DNA of 61,668 bases, filler included, from Dimargaris cristalligena (Eukaryota), in NCBI GenBank assembly GCA_003614675.1. It is 4 parts of 4 records of this genome, joined end to end, with 100 filler letters (N's around TTAATTAATTAA, not from the genome) between each part and the next. Parts side by side here need not be neighbours in the genome. Positions count along the whole stretch, not along the records: positions 1 to 15,383 come from ML002893.1; positions 15,484 to 30,852 come from ML002894.1; 2 more parts are not named here. One strand, written 5' to 3'. Positions 11,001 through 24,230 of the stretch are shown here, piece by piece (within the stretch, counting starts at the first letter, position 1; every line of letters starts with the position of its first letter). The position numbers were made by a program, and so were the translations under genes. The notes under the pieces were generated by a model, which saw only the letters and a program-made list of their open reading frames with translations, had not been told where the DNA came from and ran no database searches.

Positions 11001-14000
11001 CGCCAGGCCCAAACCCAGGCCTGGGCCAATTCCATCCCTTCCACCAGCCCGCATATCGACCCCTTATCCGAAGACCAAAGCGACCTGTCGCAACTCTTAC
11101 GGCGGGCGGCCCCCGAGTTTCCATCCCCGCGCTCTTACCACCCGGCCTACCCCGAATCCTCCATGGAAGCCGCGGTCGATGACGAAGTCATGTCCATGCC
11201 CGACGAAGGGAACGAATTTAATACCGACAGTCTGGTCGAATCGCGGCCGACCGCCTTGTTTCTCCAATCCACCGGGCCATTATTGGGGGGCGGCGCCGGT
11301 GGTGGTGGTGATCATACCTCCACGTCGACGACGTCCTTCCCCCCGCGGCAGCAGCCCACTTCGACGACATACCCCACGGAAACGAGCCCACCCGACCGAA
11401 GAAAAGCACGGGCCGCCGCACGGATGTCGGTTACGCAGTCCCCACCAACTCGTTCTACGGGTTCAGGAGAGGCCCGTTCACTGGCTCTTAGTTTGTCCCC
11501 TCGCACCCTACCCACCACCGGACCATCCGATAAGCTTCGCCACCGCGGGTCAATTTTCGACGGGGTGGCGGACCGACCCGGTACCGAACGTACCATTAGT
11601 CGGAAAGTTTATCACGATGGGCCGTACCAAGTTGTGGAGGAAATCGAGGAAGTCGTGGAGATTGTCACGGACACGGAGGAGGCGCGGGATAAGCACCCCG
11701 CATTAGACACTGCCGAGGGGAGGGACCAATACACCCAGCCCTATGAATCTGAAACCGGCGCGGTTCCATCGGAATCAGAGCTAGAGTCGGAGCCAGCCAC
11801 GGAATCCCACCGTGCCATGAAATCCCATCATTCGGATCCTCTAACCCCGTCCGCGTTTCACGATCTATCTCTGGCCACGGACGAGAGTTTGCCACCGTTG
11901 ACCTCGGAATTACCCTCTCTACCGTCTTCCTTTGACAATGCCTTGGGTGGTGGGTCCGGTAGTACGGGGTTACCATCCGACCAGGCTTTCCCTACCGCTC
12001 GTGGAGGAGCCCCGTATTCCCAACCCGAGCCTCGCCTCCTGTCACCGCCGCTTGCACCCCGGTCCGAAAAAGCCCGGGGTAAACAACCGGCGGCTGGTAG
12101 TCAAAGTGGCTCCTATCATCTGCCGCTCTCTTTCACGCCTCCGTCATCGTCCTTACCGTTACCCGCTCCACCGGTTGCCCGACCGCAGTCTCCGCCCCGC
12201 CCTAAATTGTGGGAACAATACGCCCGGACTATTCATGGCGGAGGTCACACCCCGAGATCTGTCTCGGACGTCTCCGATCCTCTAACCCATCCTGGTGCCG
12301 GTGCCGGTCCTGGATACCCCCAGACCTACTCCCCCCCGCAACTCCATCAGCGAACGGCCCTACCAGACTTCACCCCCGCCACTGACGCTGCCACCAATTC
12401 GTCCACCGAATACAATATCGCCACCCCCATCCGAGTACCCTACCTCGACGGACAATCCGTGTCCCTAAGCGCCGAATTCAAACGCGGTCTCCTCCAGGAT
12501 TTATCGGGTACCCAGCCGAATGTTCCAACCCGGTACTATCGCTATGATCCCTCGGCCAATACTAAAGTTGAACCGTCCCCCCCGGCGGTCCCGGCCACGG
12601 ATATGGCTACAACGGCCCCGGAATCTGATTCGTCCCATTTGGTGTCGACTATGGACCATGTCAAGTTCAGGTTGTCCATGTTGGAAAATCAGCTACAGGG
12701 TAAACAATCCATGAAAAGTTTCTATGAAGCTCGGCCTCCTACCGGACCGCAGCCCGCTGTTCCAACGACCGGGTATACCCGCTCTGCTGCTCCGAAGTCT
12801 GATGGACGTAACCTTGGATCCAAGTCTACTACTAAGATGGTTAATCAGGGAAGTCGACCGAAATCAGTGGGTGCTTCTGCAGGCGGAGGAGGAGGAGGTG
12901 GTGGACCAGGTGTTACTTGGAACCCTACCAATAATCTCAGTCCTCCTCAACCAGGTCTTTTGAAGCCATCCGTATCTACTTTGGAAGGGGACCAAGAGGA
13001 ACTATATAGTCGCCGGGAATTCGATCCTTCTTCGGTTGGCGCCGATGGTCACTCAACGTCGTTGCCGCCCTTATCCGAATATCCACCCCCACCCCTACTT
13101 CCACTCCCGCCCCCACCCGTTAAGCAGCCGCAAGCCACCGGCCCTTCGCCGAAAATTGCCCTACCACCACGGAGGAGACCATCCCAGTCTACGGCAGCGA
13201 ACCATGCTAATCCTATTGCTGCTAAATACCAGTCGCCCATTCATTTGCCCGTGCCACAAATTGATACTACGGCTCCCACTCCCCCCGAAAGTCAAAAAGA
13301 GTTGGCGGCCGTCTCGGTGCATGTCTATTCACGCCCACCATCCCATCCGGTCAACAGAGCAATCGCCAGTAGCCCACGTACCTCGGAAGATTGGGGTAGT
13401 CCGGGTCGTTCGAACACCACCACCACCAATAGTACCCTATCTACCGGCAATGCCACAGCCGGGTCGGCGGGGGTGGCCGTTCAGCGCCGGGTCAGCTGGC
13501 TCCCGAGCCACCGGCCCACATCACCCATTCCCGTGTCGGAACACTTGCCCCGTACCCCTGTATCACCGACCCGTCCGAACGCCATGTTCCTAGACTCCCC
13601 TCCCTCGGCGAGCGTGCGCACCAAGAGTCCCCTTAATGTGAAGTTCTGGTATCATTTGGACGATCCCGGTCATCCGCTGAGTACGGATGCACGTCGGGAG
13701 GCCCGGCGACTCAGTCAGGGATTGGGGGTCAATGTAGACCTCCAGAACGACCCGACAGCGGCGGCGGATACCCAGGCGGGAATGCAACGGCGGCGGAGTT
13801 CACAGTCGGCTCGATTTAAGCCCCCACCCTCGCCCTCTCCACCACCGGCGGGGGAGGATGTCTCCGAAGAACTGTCCGCCCGTAGCTCCTCATCTCTGCA
13901 AAATGAATCTGGGGTACTATACCCCCACCCCAAGTCCCCCCGTCCCCACCTCCCCCCCTTCGACTAAACCGCGTTCCGCGGATGACGAGGGCCAACTGAC

Positions 14001-15383
14001 GGACCTCGAAACTCACGTCAAAATTGCCCTCTTGGAAGCCATGGCCCTGTCTAATAATCGGGAGGAGTTACGTCATAATAATAGTCTGGGCGGAGGGGGT
14101 GATCGCTCTCACCGGCCAAGGAGTTCCCGGCGTTCGCGTGCAAAAACGGTGACGGCCCGGCAGGCGTCAGCCAGGCCCCACCATAATATTGCTAACCCAA
14201 CTCTAAAGGCGACCTCAACACCCAGTTCGCCTGTTGTAGTACCCCCGGGGAACCGTGGAACCACTGTAGGAAGAGAAGGGGACCGAGGGGCTGCTTTACT
14301 ACCCATGTCCCATCCCCCTGTCACCACCGTGACTATGCTGGCCTCACCCCCAAATCAGGATCACCATAGTAGCGGTTATTATAATGCCAACAACCGGAAC
14401 AACAACAATGATAATAATAATACGATGAGTGCTAACGCGGACCGGCCTAGCCTGCGCGACCGGTGGCAGCATTTGACCTCATGGCAGAAGTCGTCCCGGC
14501 CACCCAAACACGTCAATATGGCGGACATCATGGCCCAACACACCGATATAGAAGCTGCCCCTACTCCGGCAGCCCTGCCCGTTCATTCGACCCCCGCGGC
14601 CCATAATAGCCGGATGGCCGACGTACGCCGCACTACCTCCTCGTCCGCGCGCCCCAGCCGCCGCCCCTCGCGTAGCCAGACACCGAATCCCACCACCAAA
14701 CTGCCTACGCCCGACGTGGCTTTCGATAAGGCCTTCACACCCCGGTCGTCCGAGAGTCAACTGAACGACAGTCGGATCCAGTACATCACCCCGAATCCTG
14801 ATCCACCGGCGGAACTAGCTCCCGTTCCGCTCCCTGCTACCGCGTGGTCCCAGCGCTTGCCAATACCCAAGAAAAACCGCCCCACCCACTTCCGAAGTGG
14901 AGCCACCCCCTCGGACCCAACGCGCCACCCCTCACCCACTACTACACCGGGTAATTCTCGACCCCATTCGATAGCTGTTGCCACAATGAGTACCACCAAG
15001 GACCAACCCCAAAACCCGCCTTCGGCTATCCCGACCGGTCCCGCAGGGGGAGTAGGTAGACGGGGGACCATTAGTGGTGGTAGTGGTTCTGGTGCAGGTA
15101 CGGGTAAACCGCCAGGGGTACAGTTTTTTTTGCCGGCCGGCCTGCCTTCCGCTCACCAACAATCCACCCGTTCAGCGGTTGTCCCCCTTTCCCGTCTCGC
15201 CGGGTCCAGTTCGGTCAATTATTACACCTCTTTAACTGCCCCCTCGAATACTTCCCACTCCCATTCCTACACCAACGATCCTTCCCAGCAGCCGCACCGT
15301 TCGTCCCTCATTCACTACGAGCTGCAGTCCCCTGGGGAAGCGAATTCGACTAATTATCCCATTGATCGGGTCCTGGTCAAACC
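8052..15383 (+). CDS. Very large Pro/Ser/Thr-rich, probably disordered protein of unknown function; frame break near 13911; 3' end truncated by the contig edge
   Basis: Uninterrupted ORF from ATG 8052 to 13967, overlapped by a second ORF (13858 to contig end) of the same composition. No recognisable domain. Confidence 0.7.
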
Positions 15384-15483
15384 NNNNNNNNNNNNNNNNN
15401 NNNNNNNNNNNNNNNNNNNNNNNNNNNTTAATTAATTAANNNNNNNNNNNNNNNNNNNNNNNNNNNNNNNNNNNNNNNNNNNN
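15384..15483. other. Artificial contig spacer (N44-TTAATTAATTAA-N44)
   Basis: 100-nt linker with stops in all six frames, repeated three times in the window. Confidence 0.97.
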
Positions 15484-15753
15484 CCCCAAACCCAGCAAAG
15501 CCCAACGTTCCGCACTATATGACGAAATACGGCGAGCCGTCTAGCGGAAAGAAACCGGAGGTTCCCCCTCCTGCCAACTCTCCCAAAGGCACGCCAGCGG
15601 AGTCCCTCAAATCGTTGGCAACACATAGGTCAACTGGTGGCGAATTGAGGTGGACTTTGGACACTTATCTCAACAAGGCAAAGCCAGGAGCGGACTCGAT
15701 GGGATTTGGATATATTTAAGCATGGGTACAATTAAACGGTCTGGTTCCGGGTA

Positions 15754-16158
15754 TTAAAAGATCCTAAATAAAAAACCGGGTGAACTAATTACTCCATTGA
15801 CTACAGGCGAATGTACATATTTAATTTTCTGAAGGTCGGCTTCTTTGTCTGAACTGACATCTTTATGATGGAGCTGTTCCGGAAGGGGCACTGGAGACGG
15901 AGCGCGTCTAAACAGGTGGCCAGATTGGTCAGAGTCGATTAGTGGAACTGGATGGCGGTGATATTCGTGGGAGTGACTGGGTTGCTTTCGGCGACTTAGT
16001 GGAACCTGCGATGTGGCTAAATCGCCGGGATGGAAGGTGACGGGTGCACGTTTGACCAGTTCAGCGTGATTTTGGGGAACTTCAGGGGCCACTGGTGCGG
16101 CTGACCCAAGGGTAGGGGCTAGGATAGTGATGATGAAAAAGGACAGGTTGAACTTCAT
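15754..16158 (-). CDS. Small secreted protein (134 aa) with several dibasic (Kex2-type) sites
   Basis: Signal peptide MKFNLSFFIITILAPTLGSA; sites LVKR/AP, LSRR/K and LFRR/AP; TATATAA upstream at ~16344-16350. Confidence 0.8.
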   Translation of the reverse strand: MKFNLSFFIITILAPTLGSAAPVAPEVPQNHAELVKRAPVTFHPGDLATSQVPLSRRKQPSHSHEYHRHPVPLIDSDQSGHLFRRAPSPVPLPEQLHHKDVSSDKEADLQKIKYVHSPVVNGVISSPGFLFRIF

Positions 16159-18463
16159 GATTAAAAAGAGACTATGGCCTTGAAAGAAAGACTGGAATGA
16201 GAATACCAGAGTGGTCGTTAATTAAATTATGGCCGAAGTGAATAGTATGGTCGGGAGAGGGGGGGAGTGAGGGACAAGGGAGCGCTGGAATGATAGGTGT
16301 ACCACTGGATGCGATGTAACTAAACAGAGGAGGACAGGCCTGGTTATATACCCCCCAAATAACCTATTGTGGCCTGCTGTTGAGTCTTGGAGTATCGGAA
16401 TTTAGGGATGTGCAATAGGTATGAAAGCCGGGATTACCCTAGTTAATCGCCCAGTCCTATCCCCAATATGAAAATCGTTTCCTGCATGACTTACGTAGGG
16501 CATCCATAGTCACTCCCTAGTTTTGGCACCCATCTCGGTACCCTCGATTTTAACCTGGCTACATCTCACTAAAGCCATGTAAACAGTTTAGTTGTGGGTG
16601 GGGTAGATCTCAGTTACTTTGTTGACTGACGGTCCAGTTAGTACTACAGACAGTTACCCCCAACTTCAATAAATTATAGGATCCACTTGGGCGATTAAAA
16701 ATCCTGGATTGGCCAGATCATCCCCCTAGCCGGAAGAGCCAGTGGCAGGTCCAAGGGGTTAGCCAAATGAGGTAATATAAGCCAAGGGTCCTTCTTTTTA
16801 CGTGATATCCGCCTATCTGACTTTCGAAAAGGAGCAAATACGCCAACCTAGTTGAGGGGGTTTCCCATTCCACTAATCCTACCCCGATTGCTTCTCTGCC
16901 CGACCATCCGATCGGCTGTTAGTCTACACCCATACGGATTTGTCGTCCGTTGATGAGCTACCTGTTCTTCAAAACAAGCCAATTCCAGGCTTCAAGGGGC
17001 AAACAGCCGTTTCAATGGGCAATCTCTATCTATTATTATCGCTTCTCATCATGGTTAATCACCCCAATGCCGTATCAGAGTCCACAGGCCATGCCGGCGG
17101 TCTAACGCAGTCGCAGGGGTCGCATCGACTTGGGCTTTATCAAAAGGGATCACGAGAGGGGAGACACCAATATATGGGCGTTTAGGTCTGGGGTTCTGTT
17201 TGGGGGGCAAATGTGTAGAAGTATATCATGGTAGATTAGATAGATAAAAGTAAAGGTGTCAATAGGATTGCAACCATTGGGGGGTGGTTTAACGAAACTA
17301 CGGAACTGGTGTTTCTGGAATAAAAGATTGGAGGAAAATGCAGGCCTTAAGTTAACAAACATAATATTTTATGGAAAACTGCGAGAGTTATATAGACTAC
17401 GCCGTGCCTTGCGTTTTGTTAAGCGTGACTCAACTATGAGAAGGATTTAACAATAGGAGTGTATATTTAAAGGGGCCTTTATTGGGTAAAAAAGTTACTA
17501 GAGGCGAGAGTTGCCATTCCAACAACGCCGGTTCTGTGTAAAGTAGCTGGTAGAGGATTGGCCGACATGCTATAATTGTATACCCCGTCACTGCCATTGG
17601 ATGGGAGGAGGCCAGGTAGTCCAACTGCTCATGGTGCACTATACAGTTCTTCTCCATAGAGAGGCATTATCCGATTGGTGTTAGTGAAGGTGAGTGATGC
17701 TTAAAACTTATGCCCTAGGACCCACCTTCTTCCACGTACGGTTTGCCCAACTTCCCGATCAAAGTTGATATTTTTAGGACATGGGTCGATGCATCGTCAA
17801 CAATCCCAACTATTGGGATAAACGGCCTCTAGGTCAATTTGCTGCAGTTCTGGCCAATATGCGGTACCCAGCCCCGTCCCCTTCCCACTTTTCCTATATA
17901 ACCCTACCTCACAATTCCGATATCGTGTTCATCTTCGTCCTTCAATATCGCACTCATCGCATTTCCCAAGGGCTTCAAACTCGCTCGATTGGAGAAGAAA
18001 TCCCTGGTGCTTACATCTACCTAAATGCGAATAACCTCACTGAAAGACACATTTGAATTAGTTATGAAGCCTACATTAAACTTGTAGAAGTCGACGGCCC
18101 ATCATCATCCCTGGCCTTCCGTGGTCCTGAAGTTCACGGACCCGCCTTTTCTACCAGGTTATGAATACTTTACCTGGCTTTATAATGGGTCACCCGTGCT
18201 GCCTTCCGCCTGGGTGTGTTTCCCGCCATTATAGCCCCCCATCACCCCTAATCCATTTACGTGCTCTGTTTATTTATATATATCTATTATTTCTCGCCCA
18301 ATTTATCACATAGCATCAATTATTGTTACATCTGTACAGCTACAAATCAACTTAACCTTAGGGCCGCTTAACTTTTTATCCGTAGCACCGATCTCGCTCT
18401 CGCTATCTCTTGCTCACCAACCCCCGCGTCCCCACTACATCCTCGTCGCCTAGTTAAGCCACC

Positions 18464-19267
18464 ATGGCCTGCCCCAAATACGATGACAATGCTGAAAGGT
18501 GTGCTCCCGAAAGCGATTTCCTCCCTGCGACGACCTACAATGTCGTTTATTGGCCCTCCGCCAACCCTTTTAGCCTTGAACAGGCCTTTCTAGCTACACA
18601 GGCCCTTATCTGGAACTACCTGGCCGAAACCCACGGCCCGGAGGCGGGAACGGAAAAAGGGACCAAAGTTCCGAGCCGTCTCCGGCCCGTCGTTACGGCT
18701 ACCAATGGTAAAGGCATTACACAACTCCGGTACCACCGTAATGACCGGGTCGTGTTACTCTACTTGACCGGAGCGGGGTACCATCGGCAGCCTACCCGCC
18801 GTCGCCCATACCGACACGTCCCCCTCGACGACCACGAAGATGGCGAAGACAGTGATGAAGACGATGATGAGGAGAAGGAGGAGGACACTGCCTACAACTA
18901 CGACAACCCCAACCATAACCTCCACCCCCACCAAGACCAACTAGCCCCGAGGTATAGTACCCCCCCGCCCCCGACTATGGCCGTCGAATTGGTGGACTTG
19001 ACGGTCGATACCGAATACCCCCTGGGTTTAGGCAAGGGCATGAAAAAACTCGCCTCCATGGCGCACCACTACACCCACATCTACGCTATTCACTGCTCGT
19101 TCCCTGAATCGGCAGAAGAAAGCCAATCGGAGGAACAAGATAGTAGGTTTAGTGACCATATACACTTGATGTTTGAGGAAGGAATACTGGCCAATACTAT
19201 ATTATGGTACATTAACATAGGCAGAGTAAATGTGGTGGATTCGGAAAGTCTCTTTTATATCTATTGA
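18464..19267 (+). CDS. Hypothetical protein (267 aa) with a central acidic tract
   Basis: Long ORF with a good start context (gccaccATGG), C-ending codon bias and a TATA-like tract at ~18274. No family recognised. Confidence 0.7.
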   Translation: MACPKYDDNAERCAPESDFLPATTYNVVYWPSANPFSLEQAFLATQALIWNYLAETHGPEAGTEKGTKVPSRLRPVVTATNGKGITQLRYHRNDRVVLLYLTGAGYHRQPTRRRPYRHVPLDDHEDGEDSDEDDDEEKEEDTAYNYDNPNHNLHPHQDQLAPRYSTPPPPTMAVELVDLTVDTEYPLGLGKGMKKLASMAHHYTHIYAIHCSFPESAEESQSEEQDSRFSDHIHLMFEEGILANTILWYINIGRVNVVDSESLFYIY

Positions 19268-20440
19268 TTGGTGACTAGGTTAGTAACAACTATATTTGCC
19301 TATACTAAGCCAGTAAATTCGCGGGGTTCTTTTTTTATATATAGCCAATATTTCTAATCCTTGAATCCTAATAACAGGTGAGTGTTTACACCATCTTGGA
19401 TAAGCATCGCTGTGGCAGCACAGCATTCGATTAATTTCCCTCTTATGGTCCGACAGACCCCATTATACCTTTCTGTTATTTGCTAATAACACGATTACCC
19501 TACGGCCAAATAAACACATTCCATTAGCCGGTGGTGCACTTAACCGCAGATAATACAGTGCCTAGACATTCTCGCATCGCGCCACCCAATCAGATAATAA
19601 TACTACAAATGTGGTAGATGAATGTTCATTTTTTCAGCTAGATAGGGGCGCCATAATTAAAAACGTCACAATAACTCGAAATTAAACTGATGGGAGAAAT
19701 GGGTGAGGAGTGGATGAGAGGGAGGGGGGCAAATTAGTTAACAAACCAATACTATACTATTAATTAATAAATAATAGTACGATAATAATATATAAGGGGG
19801 AGGAGGGCTGCTTAAAAGAGGGAAAGGCATAGATAAAACGAACCAAAAGCGAAATAGAAAATGGAGCAAGAGTCATAAGGTAATAGACCAACGCCATGGA
19901 CAGCCAAATCCATCCGAAGTTCCATAAGGAATTCAAGAGAGACCGAAAAGAAACGGCAGCCCGATATCTTTCAAAGATACCAGGTAGTCAGAATAAAGCG
20001 AAAAGGCAAATAAAGGGGAGGGCTTCTGGAAGGTACCAAAATAAAAAAAGTAAAAATAGGCCGCATGGGCAAATAAAGCAAACAAATCAATGTGCACTAT
20101 GTCAATAAAGTAACAGTTGTTTGAGTATAATGGCTGGTGAGTGGGGTGGAAAGGGGTATGAAAGAATAGGGGGACAAGCCAAGAAAATGAGCAGAGATAT
20201 TAATCAACATGAGGGAAGGAAGGGGATTACCCAAAGGCACGGGTGAAATTGAGTAGATGGTACTGGAAGGGGACGGAGTAGTCGATTAATAGCATGTGTT
20301 TAAAGGGAACGAATTGAAATAAATACTATAAAATAAAATTAAAAAGAGAGGACAAACCCTTCCAACCATAGGCAACCCCAGCAGCACCAGGCATTCATAT
20401 AACAATAAGTAGTTTAAGGAAGGTCACGTGCCATGCTGCA

Positions 20441-23400
20441 TCAAGCATCACGGTTGGCCTGTTCCCGGGCCCGGCGGATCAAGGGAGCCAAGCTCCGAAG
20501 AGGCTCGGCCTTTTGAATGAACTGATGGGTGAGCAGCTGAGTGGCATTCGGGCGACGGTCGGGGGATACTTCCAGGGCCTTCTCCAAGAAATCCCGGAAC
20601 ACTAATGACAAACTCTCGGGATTCTGGAGCGTGGGCGTGCCATTGGTAGCAATGAGGTACAGGGCTCGTAGCGGGTTTTCATTAAGATATGGCGGCTCAC
20701 CTTCCACCATTTCAATGGCCATGATACCAAGTGACCAAATGTCAACCTTGGGACCGTATTCCTTTCGCTTGACCACTTCAGGGGACATCCAGTAAGGGGT
20801 GCCCACCATCGTAGTGCGTTTGGAGTTGGAGTCGTTCAATTGAGCGCAGAAACCGAAATCAGTGAGTTTGATCTCCCCCGTCAGTGAGAGAAGCACATTG
20901 TCACTCTTGATATCACGATGGATGACCCCCTTGGAGTGAAGGTGCTTAAGACCTTCCAGGGTTTCGCGGCATACGGCGGCGATTTGCCCCTCTGTCATGA
21001 GGTTGTTGGTCACCACTTCAGTCAAGCTACCACCTTCCATATACTCCATAACGACCCACAGGTCGCCCCGGTACAGGAAACTATCAATATAATTTACAAT
21101 ATTGGGGTGGACGCTCTCCCGCATAACCAGAATCTCGTTGATAATCAGGTCCTTCTTGGGCTGTTTCTCCAGGTTCATTTGCTTGATGGCGACGCAGTGA
21201 TTCGAGGTGGTCTGGGTAGCCGTATATACACCACCAGAGGCACCCTGCCCAATCTTCACACGGTTGGTGTAAAGCTGGGTGGGGTCGGCTGGGTTACAAA
21301 TGGCGCGCAGGCGCTCCACCACATCCTCATTATCCTGACGGTTGGGAGGACGAGTCCGCGGGATCGGGCCAGTGCCGGGGGTGGTGCGAGGGGGAGCGGC
21401 CAGACTACTGGGCTGTGATGGGGTACCGGACGATGGGGCAGGAGGGTGCTCGCGGCGTGGGGTGGAGCTTCCTTGGGCGTGATGGTGATTGGCGGATGGG
21501 GCCGACTTTTGTGGGTAGTGGTTACTGACCCCGGACGCAGCAGCCGCGGCCATAACCGCATTGGTGTGGACAATTGGGGGCATTGGCGGACCGGTACTCC
21601 GGCCGGAATCGTTGTCCCGGCGATGTGACTGGGACTTGGAATAGTGCAGGGCGTGTTGGCTGTGATGACCCTGGCCAGGATTGGTGTCTGAATATCGATG
21701 GATGAAATGGGGAACGGGATATAGGGAAATATTGGCGGGAAAATAGTGACGGAAATGGTTAGACTTGGAAGTAACCAAGGTGATATGGGGATGGAAAGCA
21801 GACAACATCCCTTAACTAACAATAATAATAGCATAAGTTTAGAGTGGGGCACTTACGTGAGCGGGTCAGCGCTGGCGTGTGCTGTTGAGCCTTTGGAAGT
21901 AAACGGGGCAGTAGGACAAGCCAAAGATGAGGCATAGTGTAAGAGATATTGAAAATAAAAATGAAAAATATGAGATGACTGGTGTTCAATTGACTAACCG
22001 CGAATGGTTTAAAACATTCCAGTAACAATCAAGGAACCCAGGCGAGTAGTAGTGTAGGGTTATGTAACTTACCACATCGTCAGCACTTTGGGCCTTGGCT
22101 GGGACGTTGTGGGGGGCGGGCTGTTTTATACGGGGCTTTTCTGAAGCTGGTGGAGGAGGAGGAGCACGCTATATCACATGGACCAAAAGGCCGGGGAGGT
22201 GCCAATAATGCAAGTAGGGGATATCCAAAGTATACATGTAATAATAATTGTACAATGTCGAGTGAGCAAAGGGGTCTAAAATTGAATTGGGCAATAAATA
22301 ATACTCGTTATATTATTGGTATAAAGCACAACGATGGATCTGTATATCCTTAGGTGACCTGGGTGGAAAGGACTGTGAGATCAGGCAAATTAATGACCAC
22401 AGCGACACCGATACCGGCAATGCAGGGAGGCTTTTATACTAGACTGGCCGGGTAAGAATGGCTTCATAGGAGCAGCCAGACAATCTGCATCATTATTCAT
22501 AACGATGCAAAAATATTTGCGGACACTGCCTCAATCGACGGGTTATAACTAAACACACGCCTATGTTTTTATATAAACTTACCGGGTTCTCGAACGCGCC
22601 ACCCATATTGGGATGGGGTGGACCCCGATTGGAGGGCGGAGGGGGCGGGGGTCGATTTGGCACTCGATTAGTGCCCGTACCAGGCATAGCCATCTTGGCC
22701 CAAACCGCGTCACCCTTGGCGTGTGTGCTCTCTTGGTAAAAATTGACGACATCGATGACAGCCTAGTAGTAGATGTTGGTGAGGAATCGAGGCGATTGGG
22801 AGAGAACAGGATAGATGCAAAACAAAACAAAAAGAGGGGGAGAGAAGGAACAAGGTCGATAAGTATGATCAAAAGCGCTGCGCAGGACTCGACAGGCATA
22901 GTGCAAAAGGGGGGTTTGGGGGAGCAAATATAGAACCGGCCCTTAACAAGAAAGAGGGGAACGGAAGAGTAGGGGCCGGGGTAGGACATCAACTGATGCG
23001 GTAGTACAGCAGGGGCGCGCTGCTGGTGACTAAGGTGGATACCAGGCCCCTTGATGCGGGGTAGAGGGTATACATGTAGGCACACGGAAGCACTAGGAGT
23101 AGCGGTGACGGATGACTTACTTGAGGGTTGGCCTGCTGCTCTTGCTTTGATATACCGGCCTCTCGAAGCATGACCGACCATTCGCGGGGAAGGCCCTGGA
23201 AGAAGTATTAACGGAGACAAGTGGGGTGCGGGTCAAGGACACCGGAATTAGTAAGATGGTCATAATATTATTTTTGAACCGATACGTAGTTTTGGCGTTA
23301 AAAGGGACATATATGCTAGTTCCCGGTGTGTATAAGCAGAAACTAGATTTGGGCCTAATCGCTGCTGCAATTTACTAGTAAAGGAACTGTCCGGGTCCAC

Positions 23401-24230
23401 TGCAATTCACGCTTAAATGAAGCCTGATCCGGGTGAGTGGCCCGCGTGGAAATAAACCCAGAAAGGCAAATTAGACCATGGAAAAATTATAGTATACTTA
23501 CGGTAAATTCGCCGGTCTCGGAATTGAAACCCACGTGTGTAATGTGAATAGGGTTATAAGGCGAGCTGATTTCGGCCTTCTTTTCCCCGGATAGCAGTTC
23601 TGAGAAGGAACTCATCAAATTGCCAAAAACGCCCTTGACGCCCTTGCCGTTGGGACTATCCACGGGGGTAATAGGTTCGAGGGTACCGTGGTAGGCCTCA
23701 CTGAGAGGTTTGGCAGACGGGTCGCCGTTATTGGCGTAGCGCTGGGCATTCAGATCCTCAGGGGAGGTAACAGACCGGTGCAGTGGGGGGCCGGCGGGTA
23801 AACGGGGATTGGGATTGGGTTCGCCCTGGCGCTGGGCACTTTTACGGGGGGGCGGTGGGGGCGTACGATGCGGGGTTAGACTAGGGGTTGAACCGCCGCT
23901 AGAAGAAGGGGGGTAGTAACCCGAGCTGGAGGCACTGACGGCAGCAGGGGGTATCGCAGAGTAGTGGATCTGAGGGTTGCTGGGCTGATGATGAAGGGAC
24001 ATGTTGGGGTGGGTACCCGGGGGTATTTGGGTGCGCATATTGGTCATGGAGAGGGATTTAGAGACGGATGAGGCACCCGGTGGGGGTGGGGGACTCCGGT
24101 GGGGCATGAAGGAATCGGGATCGGCCAGAAGATGATGGCTGGGAGTGCTACTGTGGTCCGGTTCGGGGGGGCGGTACGAAGACTGCGAAGCCGACGGCTT
24201 GCGGTGGAGATTGGGGCCCGGAGCGGCCAT
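20441..24230 (-). CDS. STE20: Ste20/PAK kinase, 6 exons: complement(join(20441..21687,21857..21890,22073..22168,22583..22762,23121..23195,23502..24230)), ~786 aa
   Basis: CRIB motif [16 protein letters not shown]; spliced GEFT/GLPREW and [12 protein letters not shown]; kinase motifs [17 protein letters not shown] and [12 protein letters not shown]-terminal G-beta-binding-like motif [10 protein letters not shown]; no PH domain, unlike Cla4. All donors are GTAAGT and the phases are consistent. The exon 5 acceptor is slightly uncertain. Confidence 0.92.

Noticed and set aside
8190..15162. Numerous antisense and alternative-frame ORFs over the giant gene (likewise over STE20, DnaJ, VPS34 and ACB1)
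   Set aside because: These are shadows of GC-rich coding sequence with no independent motifs.
15428..15439. TTAATTAATTAA palindrome recurring about every 15.4 kb
   Set aside because: It is embedded in N runs and is an artificial six-frame-stop linker, not a biological repeat.
15484..15719. Coding-like fragment at the start of contig 2
   Set aside because: It is truncated, its frame is ambiguous, and it cannot be linked to the ORF before the spacer.
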